This document shows, one piece after another, positions 1 to 8,544 of a stretch of DNA of 31,541 nt. The notes beneath the pieces are model-generated. The model made no database searches, was not told the DNA's origin, and saw nothing but the letters and a program-made list of their open reading frames with translations. Both the position numbers and the translations under genes were made by a program. Position 1 is the stretch's first letter. Each line of letters opens with the position of its first letter. Source of the DNA: a virus (Duplodnaviria > Caudoviricetes); the IMG/VR virus record IMGVR_UViG_3300020042_004001, positions 1 to 31,541 of that record. The stretch is one strand, 5' to 3'.

Positions 1-2
1 AT

Positions 3-410
3 ATCCGGGAAACGGCCTCAAAGATTCTAGTGGCGATGCGAGAATATCGGCCACTGAGTCTGGGCATTGAGAGGGGGGCGCTAAAGAACGCGGTGCTGCC
101 GTACTTGTCGGACTTGATGCGTAAGAGTAATGTGTATAGCCACATTGTCGATCTGACTCACGGCAACCGTAAGAAAACCGATAGAATCATCTGGTCGTTG
201 CAGGGGCGCTTCGAGCATGGCAGAATCGTGCTTAATAGCGAAGAAAACTGGGATGCCTTTGTAGACCAGCTACTCATGTTCCCGAGCCAGGGGGTTCACG
301 ACGATCTTCCGGATGCGCTTTCTTATATCGACCAACTGGCTGTGACAAGCTATTTCGAGCAGGACGATGAGGATGCGTGGGAGCCTATGGATGTAATTTC
401 AGGGGTTTGA
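3..410 (+). CDS. terL: Terminase large subunit, C-terminal RNase H-like nuclease domain (5' truncated by the window edge)
   Basis: Frame is open from base 3 (IRETASKILV...). Motifs LGIE, K-x-D-R-I and QLLMFP...HDDLPDALSY are typical of terminase nuclease domains. Lies upstream of the portal. Confidence 0.9.
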   Translation: MRETASKILVAMREYRPLSLGIERGALKNAVLPYLSDLMRKSNVYSHIVDLTHGNRKKTDRIIWSLQGRFEHGRIVLNSEENWDAFVDQLLMFPSQGVHDDLPDALSYIDQLAVTSYFEQDDEDAWEPMDVISGV

Positions 411-412
411 AT

Positions 413-1882
413 ATGGCAGATGGACTGTTTGGAGGGGGCGGCGCATACTTTGGCAACCCCAATCTTCAGCGCCAAGGTGCAAGCGCCAGAGCATTAGCGC
501 GGCAGCGCGATGTTAATACCTTGCCTGACCCGAGGACGTATGCAGCCGTAAGTGGTTTGTTTGGCACTGCCCCAGACGAGATGGGGTTTAGTGTTCTGCA
601 TCCTCAGTACCAGGACATCATGCGGGTTGCTGAACCGGCCTTCGAAGTCGGTACTGCATTAGGTGTTGCGCCTCTGGTGGGGCTTGCAGGTAAAGCATTG
701 GGTACTGGTGCAATGGCAGTGGGTCGAGCTGGTGAGCGTTACGCTGAGAGGGTAGTGCCGCAGATTATGGAACGCGGTGGGTTAGGTGCTGAGATGCTGC
801 AAGGCATGAGCAGAGGGACGGTTAGCCCAATGAGTGAATTAACGGTAACCGGGCGTCGTCCCACCCAAGTAGACCCTAGCGCACTTGTATTTCGGGAGAA
901 AGTGCAAGACCGCAAAAAAGATTTGAAAGTAGATACTGATGAATTTGATCCTATCGTGGTTATCAACGACTCTGGCACGTTGTCAATTCTTGATGGGCAT
1001 AACCGGGCGTCAGTTGCCAAAGACCGAGGAGACTCTTTAGCCGCTGTTAAGATAAACCAAGCCGAATACGATGTTCTTCAAGCGCAGGGGTTTGAGGATG
1101 GGGAGATTGCTTGGGCAGCCTTACAGCGTGCCGATCAGAAGACCGCCGCAGGTAATTTAGTATCTCAATTTCCGGGCGCTGACATAGCTCGGGGCGGGGA
1201 TAAAGCGTGGGACGCACTTATAGACATGGAAGGTAAAAGTCTAACCTACCCCCAACAAGCCGCCCTAGACTTGGCCCAACAGCGTGCAGCATTGCCAGTT
1301 GAGCAGGGCGGTCTTGGTTTGGCGGCTGGCAATACGGCGGAGCAGAGGGCGGCGGCTATGGGTGCAGAGTTTGGATGGGGACATGGTAGCAATAATCCAA
1401 ATATAACAACATTTAAACCATCAAGAACAGGTGCTCAAGGCCCCGGAATTTATGCAACAAATTATTTACCAGAAACTAATATGTATTCATCATTAAAAGA
1501 TACGGGCGGTACTTCATATCCATTGGCTGTTTTTAAAGATGAAGCATTAGTTTCAAAACTAAATAATCCTTACGATGAATTAAAAGTTGCAGCAGATGAT
1601 GAGTTAATTTCTGAATTATTTAAAAGAAATAAATCAGCAATTATTACTAATCAAGAACCAACGCCCGATTGGTTGTTAAAACAAGGCGTTAATGAGTACC
1701 CAGAAAGACAGCATTATGTATCTGTCAATCCTGACAACTTCCGCTCCCGCTTCGCAGCCTTTGACCCGTTCCGCAGAAGTGCAGCGGTTGCGGCAGCGAT
1801 GGGTGCAGCAGCCCCCGACCTGTTGGCAAATCCAATGTACACAGACCCCTTCGGCAATACAATAGCCGATACAACGAGGTAA
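413..1882 (+). CDS. Mosaic protein with a ParB/Srx-like domain and an ADP-ribosyltransferase-like (ART-PolyVal-like) domain
   Basis: ATG 413 follows the terL stop. DPIVV...SILDGHNR (947-1006) is a ParB-N motif. WGHGS...F.PSRTGAQGPGIYAT....NMYS (from ~1373) resembles the H-G-T/G-x-G-x-Y ART core. CDS is secure, domain calls are by eye. Confidence 0.65.
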   Translation: MADGLFGGGGAYFGNPNLQRQGASARALARQRDVNTLPDPRTYAAVSGLFGTAPDEMGFSVLHPQYQDIMRVAEPAFEVGTALGVAPLVGLAGKALGTGAMAVGRAGERYAERVVPQIMERGGLGAEMLQGMSRGTVSPMSELTVTGRRPTQVDPSALVFREKVQDRKKDLKVDTDEFDPIVVINDSGTLSILDGHNRASVAKDRGDSLAAVKINQAEYDVLQAQGFEDGEIAWAALQRADQKTAAGNLVSQFPGADIARGGDKAWDALIDMEGKSLTYPQQAALDLAQQRAALPVEQGGLGLAAGNTAEQRAAAMGAEFGWGHGSNNPNITTFKPSRTGAQGPGIYATNYLPETNMYSSLKDTGGTSYPLAVFKDEALVSKLNNPYDELKVAADDELISELFKRNKSAIITNQEPTPDWLLKQGVNEYPERQHYVSVNPDNFRSRFAAFDPFRRSAAVAAAMGAAAPDLLANPMYTDPFGNTIADTTR

Positions 1883-1886
1883 CGCT

Positions 1887-3902
1887 ATGGATCAAAACGA
1901 GTTCGAAGAACCGACAGAAAACGACAAAGAGCTAACGTCCTTTGTTGTTGACCATTGCGACAGGTGGCGCGACTGGCGCGACACGAACTTTCTCCCCGAC
2001 TACCTAGAGTATGAGCGCATTTTCCGTGGCGAGTGGGCTGCTGAGGACAAGACTCGGGAGTCTGAGCGCAGCCGGATCGTGACTCCAGCCACCCAGCAGG
2101 CGGTGGAAACGCGCCACGCTGAGATCATGGAGGCGATCTTTGGTCAGGGTGACTTTTTTGACATTGAAGATGACCTAAAAGACGTAAACGGCAATCCGTT
2201 GGACGTTGAGATGCTCAAAGCGCAGTTGATGGAGGATTTCAAGCAGGACAAGATCAGAAAAGCGATTGACCAGATTGAGTTGATGGCTGAAATCTACGGA
2301 ACGGGCATTGGTGAGGTCATCGTCAAGACCGAGAAGGTCTTTGAGCCTGCTACCCAGGCGATTCCTGGTCAGACGGGGCAAGCGGCCATTGGTGTAGTGG
2401 AGAAAAACCGCATTGCCGTGAAGATCATGCCGGTTAACCCTAAGAATTTTTTGTTTGACCCCAACGGCACCAGCGTTGATGACTGCATGGGCGTGGCGAT
2501 TGAGAAGTTTGTCAGCATACACAAGGTGGTGGAGGGCATTGAGAAGGGTATTTACCGCAAGGTCAACATCACCACTGGCGATGAGGACACTGATCTTGAG
2601 CCGACTCAAGAAGTCAGTCAGTACCGGGACGGAAAGGTCAGGCTGCTGACGTACTACGGCCTTGTGCCCAGGGAATACCTGACTGAGAAAGACGAGGAAA
2701 TCGAGGAGTTGTTCCCCGAAAACTCGGCGGCTGATGATTATAGCGACATGGTGGAGGCGATTGTGGTCATCGCCAACGAAGGCATGTTGCTCAAAGCCGA
2801 AGAAAACCCGTACATGATGAAGGACAGGCCGGTCTTGGCTTACCAAGACGATACCGTCCCGAACCGGCTGCTGGGCCGGGGCACGGTTGAGAAGTCCTAC
2901 AACATGCAAAAGGCGATTGATGCCCAGGTGCGTAGCCACTTGGACTCCCTGGCGCTCACAACTAGCCCCATGATGGGCATGGACGCGACAAGGCTTCCCC
3001 GAGGTGCTAAGTTTGAGGTCAAACCCGGCAAAGCCTTCCTGGTCAACGGCAATCCGGCTGAGATTCTGTATCCGTTCAAGTTTGGCGAGACAAGCCTGAA
3101 CAACTTGAACACAGCCAAAGAGTTTGAGCGCATGTTGCTGCAAGCCACGGGCACGATGGACTCGCAAGGCATGGTGAGCCAAGGCAACCGGGACGGTGCT
3201 GGCCTGAGCATGGCAGTGGCGACCATCATCAAGAAGTACAAGCGGACGCTAGTGAACTTCCAAGAGGATTTCCTGATCCCGTTCATTCAAAAGGCGGCGT
3301 TTAGGTACATGCAGTTCGACCCGGAACGCTATCCGTCTGTAGACATGCGGTTTATTCCTACGGCTACGCTGGGCATCATTGCCCGCGAGTACGAGCAGCA
3401 GCAGTTCATTGGTTTGCTTCAGACTCTCGGCCCGAATACGCCAGTGCTGCCGCTGATCCTGAAGGGCATCCTGACCAATTCCAGCCTGTCTAACAGGTAT
3501 GAGTTGATGGCGGCGCTTGATAAGATGGGCCAACCCGACCCGCAGGCGCAGCAGATGAAACAGATGCAAGAGCAACTGGCGATGCAGGCGGCGCAGGCAC
3601 AGATCGCGGTCAACACTACCCAGGCCGAGCAGAACCGCGCAGAGGCGCAGAAGCTGATGACCGAAGCGCAGTTGATGCCTGCTGAAACGCAGGCTAAGGT
3701 GAGCGCCAGCCTGACAAAGAACCTGCCCAACGAAGATTCTGCTAACGCCCGAGAGTTTGACAAGCGGGTCAAGATCGCTGAGTTGATGCTCAAGGAGGCT
3801 GACATCAACAACAAGGGCAAGATTGTCGAGCTACAGATGGCCGACAAGCAAAATCAAAGCCAAAAAGACAATGAGTTCCTGCAACGAATCATTGGTCAAT
3901 GA
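1887..3902 (+). CDS. Portal protein (P22-like, with C-terminal coiled-coil barrel)
   Basis: 671 aa after terL. AEIYGTGIG and LLGRG.VEK...QKAID...R..LD.LAL motifs, Gln-rich helical C-terminus. Confidence 0.9.
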   Translation: MDQNEFEEPTENDKELTSFVVDHCDRWRDWRDTNFLPDYLEYERIFRGEWAAEDKTRESERSRIVTPATQQAVETRHAEIMEAIFGQGDFFDIEDDLKDVNGNPLDVEMLKAQLMEDFKQDKIRKAIDQIELMAEIYGTGIGEVIVKTEKVFEPATQAIPGQTGQAAIGVVEKNRIAVKIMPVNPKNFLFDPNGTSVDDCMGVAIEKFVSIHKVVEGIEKGIYRKVNITTGDEDTDLEPTQEVSQYRDGKVRLLTYYGLVPREYLTEKDEEIEELFPENSAADDYSDMVEAIVVIANEGMLLKAEENPYMMKDRPVLAYQDDTVPNRLLGRGTVEKSYNMQKAIDAQVRSHLDSLALTTSPMMGMDATRLPRGAKFEVKPGKAFLVNGNPAEILYPFKFGETSLNNLNTAKEFERMLLQATGTMDSQGMVSQGNRDGAGLSMAVATIIKKYKRTLVNFQEDFLIPFIQKAAFRYMQFDPERYPSVDMRFIPTATLGIIAREYEQQQFIGLLQTLGPNTPVLPLILKGILTNSSLSNRYELMAALDKMGQPDPQAQQMKQMQEQLAMQAAQAQIAVNTTQAEQNRAEAQKLMTEAQLMPAETQAKVSASLTKNLPNEDSANAREFDKRVKIAELMLKEADINNKGKIVELQMADKQNQSQKDNEFLQRIIGQ

Positions 3903-4378
3903 TGGACTTAAAAAACATCATTCTTTCTGATGTTTCGGTCGAGGCAAAGGTATCTGCGCTTGCGATTGTTCTTAACAAGGAATTTCCCAAGCTAGAAGCG
4001 AAGGTCAACACCGTTCAGAAGCTCAAGGGTGAGCAAGGTGAGCAAGGCGAGCAAGGCGAGCAAGGCGACCGGGGGCCGCAGGGCGATGCTGGCAAAATCG
4101 GTAAGGACGGCAAGGACGGGGACAAGGGAAAAGACGGGAAAGACGGGGTTGACGGGGTATCCGTAACCGATGCAAAAGTAGACTTCGATGACTCCCTGGT
4201 GTTTACCCTGTCAAACGGTAAGATGATAAATGTCGGAGAGGTCAAAGGCGAAAAAGGCGAGCGTGGTGCCACCAGTATGTCTGGGGGCGGGGCCAGTGCT
4301 GGCTTTTATAACGCTGATGGCGGTTTTTATGATTCAATCTATGGCGGCACTACCGCCCTAGATGCCGGAGGGCCGTAA
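3899..4378 (+). CDS. Collagen-like (G-X-Y repeat) virion protein
   Basis: [22 protein letters not shown]...[13 protein letters not shown] followed by L.FTLSNG..INVG. ATGA overlap with the portal stop. Confidence 0.8.
   Translation: MMDLKNIILSDVSVEAKVSALAIVLNKEFPKLEAKVNTVQKLKGEQGEQGEQGEQGDRGPQGDAGKIGKDGKDGDKGKDGKDGVDGVSVTDAKVDFDDSLVFTLSNGKMINVGEVKGEKGERGATSMSGGGASAGFYNADGGFYDSIYGGTTALDAGGP
4028..4068 (+). repeat. 9-bp tandem repeat (GGYGAGCAA x4.5) encoding (GEQ)4
   Basis: ggtgagcaa ggtgagcaa ggcgagcaa ggcgagcaa ggcga, read directly. Confidence 0.9.
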
Positions 4379-5313
4379 TGTCTGTGCAAATTCAGTTGAG
4401 GCGAGGAACCGCTGCCCAGTGGACAGCGGCCAACACTCTTTTGGCCGAGGGCGAGATTGGGATAGAGACTGATACCGGAAAAATCAAGGTTGGTGATGGT
4501 TCAACAGCCTGGACTAGCCTAGCGTATTTTACCGGCAGTGGTGCCGTTTCAGCGGTAACCGGGACAGCGCCCGTTGCGTCCAGCGGCGGGGCTACGCCAG
4601 CCATATCGCTGTCTGCGGGTTACGGCGACACGCTAAACCCCTACGCCAGTAAGACTGCCAACTTTGTTTTGGCCGCGCCCGATGGAACTGCTGGCGTTCC
4701 AACATTCCGCGCCGTGGTTGCTGCGGATATTCCGACACTCAACCAAAACACGACCGGAACTGCGGCCAATGTAACGGGCATTGTGGCGGTTGTTAACGGC
4801 GGCTCTGGCACGGCAACGCCTGCGATAGTCGCGGGCACAAACGTCACTGTAAGCGGCACTTGGCCCAATCAGACCATTAACGCTACTGCCAGCGGCAGCG
4901 GCACGGTCACAAGTGTTGCAGCAACCGTACCGACGTTTTTGTCAGTCGCAGGCTCGCCTATCACCACTAGCGGCACACTAGCAATTACTTTGTCAGGCAC
5001 TGCGTTGCCAGTGGTTAACGGCGGCACGGGGGTTACCACAAGCACAGGAACGACAAATGCCGTGCTGTCCAACAGCCCGACATTGGTAACGCCTGACATT
5101 GGTACGCCATCGGCCGCCACCCTTACCAACGCCACGGGCCTGCCCCTGACAACCGGCGTCACAGGCAATCTTCCAGTCACTAACCTCAACTCAGGTACGA
5201 GTGCCTCTGCCAGTACATTCTGGCGTGGGGATGGGGCTTGGGCCACACCTGCTGGTGGTGGCTCATCGCTTCCCATCACTAAAATGCAAGCTCAATCTTT
5301 TGGAGGTTTCTAA
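4378..5313 (+). CDS. Fibre protein with Mtd_N/hyaluronidase-type N-terminal attachment domain
   Basis: N-terminus [42 protein letters not shown] is the Mtd_N-like motif. The rest is a Thr/Gly/Ala-rich shaft ([26 protein letters not shown]). Confidence 0.85.
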   Translation: MSVQIQLRRGTAAQWTAANTLLAEGEIGIETDTGKIKVGDGSTAWTSLAYFTGSGAVSAVTGTAPVASSGGATPAISLSAGYGDTLNPYASKTANFVLAAPDGTAGVPTFRAVVAADIPTLNQNTTGTAANVTGIVAVVNGGSGTATPAIVAGTNVTVSGTWPNQTINATASGSGTVTSVAATVPTFLSVAGSPITTSGTLAITLSGTALPVVNGGTGVTTSTGTTNAVLSNSPTLVTPDIGTPSAATLTNATGLPLTTGVTGNLPVTNLNSGTSASASTFWRGDGAWATPAGGGSSLPITKMQAQSFGGF

Positions 5314-5736
5314 ATGGCTCAAAATACTTCACCAATTTTCCCGCTTGTCCCGGTAATTGAGTGGGTCAATACTGGCGCAGTTACTGCCAACACAACCACT
5401 GATCTGACTACCGGGACTAACTACAACTCGGGATTCACGGCTGACGCAACCAACGGATCTCGGGTTGATTTTGTGCGTGTACGGGCCTTGGGGACAAACG
5501 TAGCCACGGTTATGCGCGTCTGGCTAAACAATGGATCGGTTACTACAACGGCGGCAAACAATACGCTGTTCTTTGAACGTACCCTTTCGTCAACTACCGT
5601 ATCTCAGGTTGCAGAGTTGGTAGATATCATCCTGCCAATCAACGCATCCATACCTGCGGGCTACAAGCTCTTTTACACCTTTGGCACTGCGGTTGCGGCT
5701 GGGTATAGTATTTCAGTCGTTGGTGGAGATTACTAA
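5314..5736 (+). CDS. Putative virion beta-sandwich protein (fibre-associated)
   Basis: GGAGG RBS, Thr-rich beta-strand character, abuts neighbours on both sides. Confidence 0.7.
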   Translation: MAQNTSPIFPLVPVIEWVNTGAVTANTTTDLTTGTNYNSGFTADATNGSRVDFVRVRALGTNVATVMRVWLNNGSVTTTAANNTLFFERTLSSTTVSQVAELVDIILPINASIPAGYKLFYTFGTAVAAGYSISVVGGDY

Positions 5737-6941
5737 TGTTTACGGGTTTTCCATCTACGCAAACCCCCGCCGTAGAATGGTGGAATTTTAGTAAATCCAC
5801 CACTGGGACAACCAGAATTGCTCTGGCAAATGATTGTGCGCCTATCCAATACTTTGTTACGGGTGGGTCTACAACAACAATTCAAGTTACGTTGCCGCAG
5901 AACCCATCCCAAGGTAAAACTATTACCTTCAAAAATGACAGGGGTTTTGCCAATACTCAAAATATAAGTTTAGTAGATATCGCAGGGAGAACTGATCTTA
6001 CGTTAGGCCAAGGCAGTTCGCTTACTATTTGTTATATAGCTCAAAATACTCTATCTAGTTCTACTATTTTTTCAAATTGGGTAGTTATTAGTAGTGGTGG
6101 TGGCGGTCAAATAATTAATTCGAACTCAGTATCTTTGGGCGGCACAAATAGCAATGCCACAGCAAGCGGAAGTGTTGCGATTGGCGGCAGTAGTGTTACT
6201 GCTACTGCCTCCAATGCGGTTGCTATTGGTGGCGCTACGGCCCAGGCTTCCGGCAGCAATTCCGCAGCTTTGGCTGGTTCTAGCGCAGATGCCAGCGGCT
6301 CTGGCTCAGTAGTTTTGGGGGGGTCGGGTAACGGTGCTTCGGCTACTAACTCAGGAACTGTTGGGGGTTCTAGTAACACCGCCAGCGCATCTGCCGCAGC
6401 GACTCTAGGGGGCACTAACCTCTTGGCTTCTGGCTCAAACTCAACAGTTTTAGGCGGAGGCTACGCAACCACAAGGGGTATTGAAGGCGAGATAACTTTA
6501 ACCGGCTGCAATGCACCTATCACAACCACACGCGGTGCGTCTCAGTCGTGTTTGTTGGTACTTGCAAGACAGACAACAGACGCAACTGCCACGGTGTTAG
6601 CGTCGAACACTAGCGCCGCAGGAACAACCAATCAGGTCATCCTGCCCAACAACTCTGCTTTCTATTTTCGAGGAGAGGTTATCTGCGGCGTTACGGGGGC
6701 TGGAGATACTAAAGGCTTTTTTGTTGAGGGGGCGATCAAGCGCGGCGCTAACGCGGCCTCCACTGTCCTTGTCGGCACACCTACGGTGACTTCCTCGTAT
6801 GCTGATGCCGGGGCTAGCACCTGGGCCTTAACCGCCACGGCAGACGTTACCAACGGTGGGTTAGCCATTACAGCGACTGGGCAAGCGGCCACCACGATCC
6901 GTTGGGTGGCGAAAATTTTCACAACCGAAATGACTTACTAG
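5736..6941 (+). CDS. Fibre/receptor-binding protein with YadA-head-like beta-roll repeats
   Basis: About eight 14-15 aa repeats of the form S-V-x-[IL]-G-G-x-x-x-x-A-S-[GA] at ~6121-6470. C-terminal domain ends ...TIRWVA.I.TTE. Confidence 0.75.
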   Translation: MFTGFPSTQTPAVEWWNFSKSTTGTTRIALANDCAPIQYFVTGGSTTTIQVTLPQNPSQGKTITFKNDRGFANTQNISLVDIAGRTDLTLGQGSSLTICYIAQNTLSSSTIFSNWVVISSGGGGQIINSNSVSLGGTNSNATASGSVAIGGSSVTATASNAVAIGGATAQASGSNSAALAGSSADASGSGSVVLGGSGNGASATNSGTVGGSSNTASASAAATLGGTNLLASGSNSTVLGGGYATTRGIEGEITLTGCNAPITTTRGASQSCLLVLARQTTDATATVLASNTSAAGTTNQVILPNNSAFYFRGEVICGVTGAGDTKGFFVEGAIKRGANAASTVLVGTPTVTSSYADAGASTWALTATADVTNGGLAITATGQAATTIRWVAKIFTTEMTY

Positions 6942-6949
6942 GGGCTACC

Positions 6950-7213
6950 GTGGCACTCAAACTTTCCATCACTACCAGCAATGTCGGCGTTCCCTTTGCC
7001 CAAGCCTACGCTCGCATCACCAACATTCACGGCAACAAAGACCAAGTGCAATATCAGGTGTCGGTATCTGCCAACGCAGATGCCAGGCAAGCCAACGCGC
7101 AGGAAGTGGCACAGCACGCTTTTTACTGCCCAACACCCGCGGACAACTTGATGGCAAGCCTGTACGCTGAGCTGAAAACCCAAGTGGGTTTTGAAGCCGC
7201 TGTGGATTGCTAA
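6950..7213 (+). CDS. Small protein following fibre gene, possible fibre assembly chaperone
   Basis: GTG 6950 after AGGGG. MALKLSITTS.VGV....AYARI...LYAELK...FE.AVDC. Position downstream of the fibre. Confidence 0.65.
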   Translation: MALKLSITTSNVGVPFAQAYARITNIHGNKDQVQYQVSVSANADARQANAQEVAQHAFYCPTPADNLMASLYAELKTQVGFEAAVDC

Positions 7214-7215
7214 TC

Positions 7216-7443
7216 GTGCGAGGGGATATAACCCACCGCGAAATCTACGACCGCCTGGTTGCTGTTGAGAGCAAGGTGGATGCTTTGACAGAAAGCACCA
7301 AGGATGTTACCGAGGCGTTTAACGCTGCCCAGGGCGCTTTCAAGGTGCTGGAGACACTAAGCCGCCTTGCCAAACCCTTGCTGTGGTTGATTGGGCTGGC
7401 GGCTGCTGCAACGGCTTTTTGGAGTAGTCTCAAAGGTAAGTGA
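7216..7443 (+). CDS. Small coiled-coil protein with C-terminal transmembrane helix (XhlA/holin-like)
   Basis: IYDRLVAVESKVD heptads then LAKPLLWLIGLAAAATAFW. Start is GTG 7216 or TTG 7207. Confidence 0.7.
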   Translation: MRGDITHREIYDRLVAVESKVDALTESTKDVTEAFNAAQGAFKVLETLSRLAKPLLWLIGLAAAATAFWSSLKGK

Positions 7444-7577
7444 TGTACGCCCTACCACCGCCACCAGCGATACCGGCACCCGTCTATGAGTGCGTAAGGT
7501 GGGCGTGGCTTTGGACGCCGGAGAACCCGTGGCACCCGGTTGTCTGGTGTCTGAAGTGGGTGGAGAAACCCAAATGA
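7443..7577 (+). CDS. 44-aa Pro/Trp/Cys-rich protein (not in the ORF track)
   Basis: MYALPPPPAIPAPVYECVRWAWLWTPENPWHPVVWCLKWVEKPK. TGATG overlap upstream and ATGA overlap downstream fill the gap exactly. Confidence 0.7.
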   Translation: MYALPPPPAIPAPVYECVRWAWLWTPENPWHPVVWCLKWVEKPK

Positions 7578-8044
7578 TTGACCCGTTCACCGCTCTTGCG
7601 GCGATTAGCACCGCAGTCAAGCTGGTCAAGACTGCGATTAAGACGGTGCAGGATGTGGAAAGCCTGGGGCCGGTGTTGGGCGGGTTCTTCAGCGCAAAGT
7701 CTGAGGCTATCAAGGTAGTCGAGCAGGCCAAGACGGGCGGCTTTAAGGGTAGTTCGATGGGCAAGGCGGTAGAGCTAGAGTTGGCGATTGAGCAGGCCAG
7801 GATGTTTGAGAAAGAGGTCGAGATGCTGTTTTTCTCAAGCAACAAGATGGACGTTTGGGAAAAGATCGTCGCCCGCGCCTCGGATATGGATAGAGAGGCT
7901 GCTGCCGACATACGGCGTGCCCGAGATGAAAAGATCAAAAGAAAAGAAGAAATCGACGAAGCGATTGAGCTTGTGCTTGTGCTGTTGATTTTCTTTATGA
8001 TAATGGGCGGCACCGTGTGGCTTCTGTATAAAACCGTAAACTAA
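7574..8044 (+). CDS. Helical protein with C-terminal membrane anchor
   Basis: Start re-assigned to ATG 7574 (MIDPFTALAAISTAVKLVK) with GGAG upstream. C-terminal LVLVLLIFFMIMGGTVWLLY. Confidence 0.8.
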   Translation: MIDPFTALAAISTAVKLVKTAIKTVQDVESLGPVLGGFFSAKSEAIKVVEQAKTGGFKGSSMGKAVELELAIEQARMFEKEVEMLFFSSNKMDVWEKIVARASDMDREAAADIRRARDEKIKRKEEIDEAIELVLVLLIFFMIMGGTVWLLYKTVN

Positions 8045-8045
8045 A

Positions 8046-8285
8046 ATGACGCCTGAACTGCAAAACTACTATGAAGCCCGGTTTGACCTGTTTTCCCACC
8101 GAGGCTGGGCCGATCTTATGGAGGATGTTGACAACATGCTGGCTCCGCTTAACAATGTCGCCACCATTGCGGACGAAAAAAGTCTACAATTTCGCAAAGG
8201 CGAGATTTCAATCCTGACTTGGCTGATAACCTTGAAAGAGGTCAGCGCACGAGCTTACGAGGACTTGAATGAAAAGAATTTATGA
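8046..8285 (+). CDS. Phage hypothetical protein of the head module
   Basis: 79 aa, helical (F...GW.DLMED...LQFRKGE..IL.WL), tightly packed ahead of the scaffold. Confidence 0.8.
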   Translation: MTPELQNYYEARFDLFSHRGWADLMEDVDNMLAPLNNVATIADEKSLQFRKGEISILTWLITLKEVSARAYEDLNEKNL

Positions 8286-8496
8286 ATTTGTCTGCGATTG
8301 CGGACAACGCACAGAGGCGCTGGAAGTTTATGAGACTACCAGTGTGCTGTGCAGATGCGGGGGGTTTGCCGCCCGTGTTATCAGCGCCCCAGCGTTTAAT
8401 TTAGAAGGGTGGTCTGGTTCTTTTCCGTCTGAACACGGAAGGTTTGAGAGAAAGCACTTGCAAAAATTAAATGCGGAGCGCAAAGCCAACTCATAA
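8269..8496 (+). CDS. FmdB-like zinc-ribbon protein
   Basis: IYEFVCDCG...E.L.........CRCGG.A.RVISAP. GAGG RBS. Confidence 0.8.
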   Translation: MKRIYEFVCDCGQRTEALEVYETTSVLCRCGGFAARVISAPAFNLEGWSGSFPSEHGRFERKHLQKLNAERKANS

Positions 8497-8538
8497 GCGA
8501 AAGCCGAGTTGAATTATCCTACAACCATTTTGGCAGGA
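8487..8538 (+). promoter_or_regulatory. Tandem hairpins in the scaffold gene leader, the second pairing the Shine-Dalgarno
   Basis: CAACTC(8487)/GAGTTG(8511) with inner GC-GAAA-GC. TCCT(8517)/AGGA(8538) with inner CCA-TTT-TGG. Confidence 0.45.
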
Positions 8539-8544
8539 AAAAAT

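Noticed and set aside
2175-3847. Long antisense ORFs (335, 129, 108, 142 aa) opposite the portal gene
   Set aside because: Shadow frames of a codon-biased gene with no RBS or recognisable motifs. The same applies to antisense ORFs over the capsid, tail, helicase and primase genes.
4378-5313. Diversity-generating retroelement suggested by the Mtd_N-like domain
   Set aside because: No reverse transcriptase, no C-type lectin variable region and no template/variable repeat pair differing at adenines seen in the window
7490-7573. ORF-track N-terminal extension of the 7574-8044 gene, and similar extensions at 377, 6902, 8509, 10608, 15525, 22299, 24005, 27784 and 28256
   Set aside because: Downstream starts have an RBS and/or stop-start overlaps that tile with neighbours, while the extensions overlap other genes or terminators
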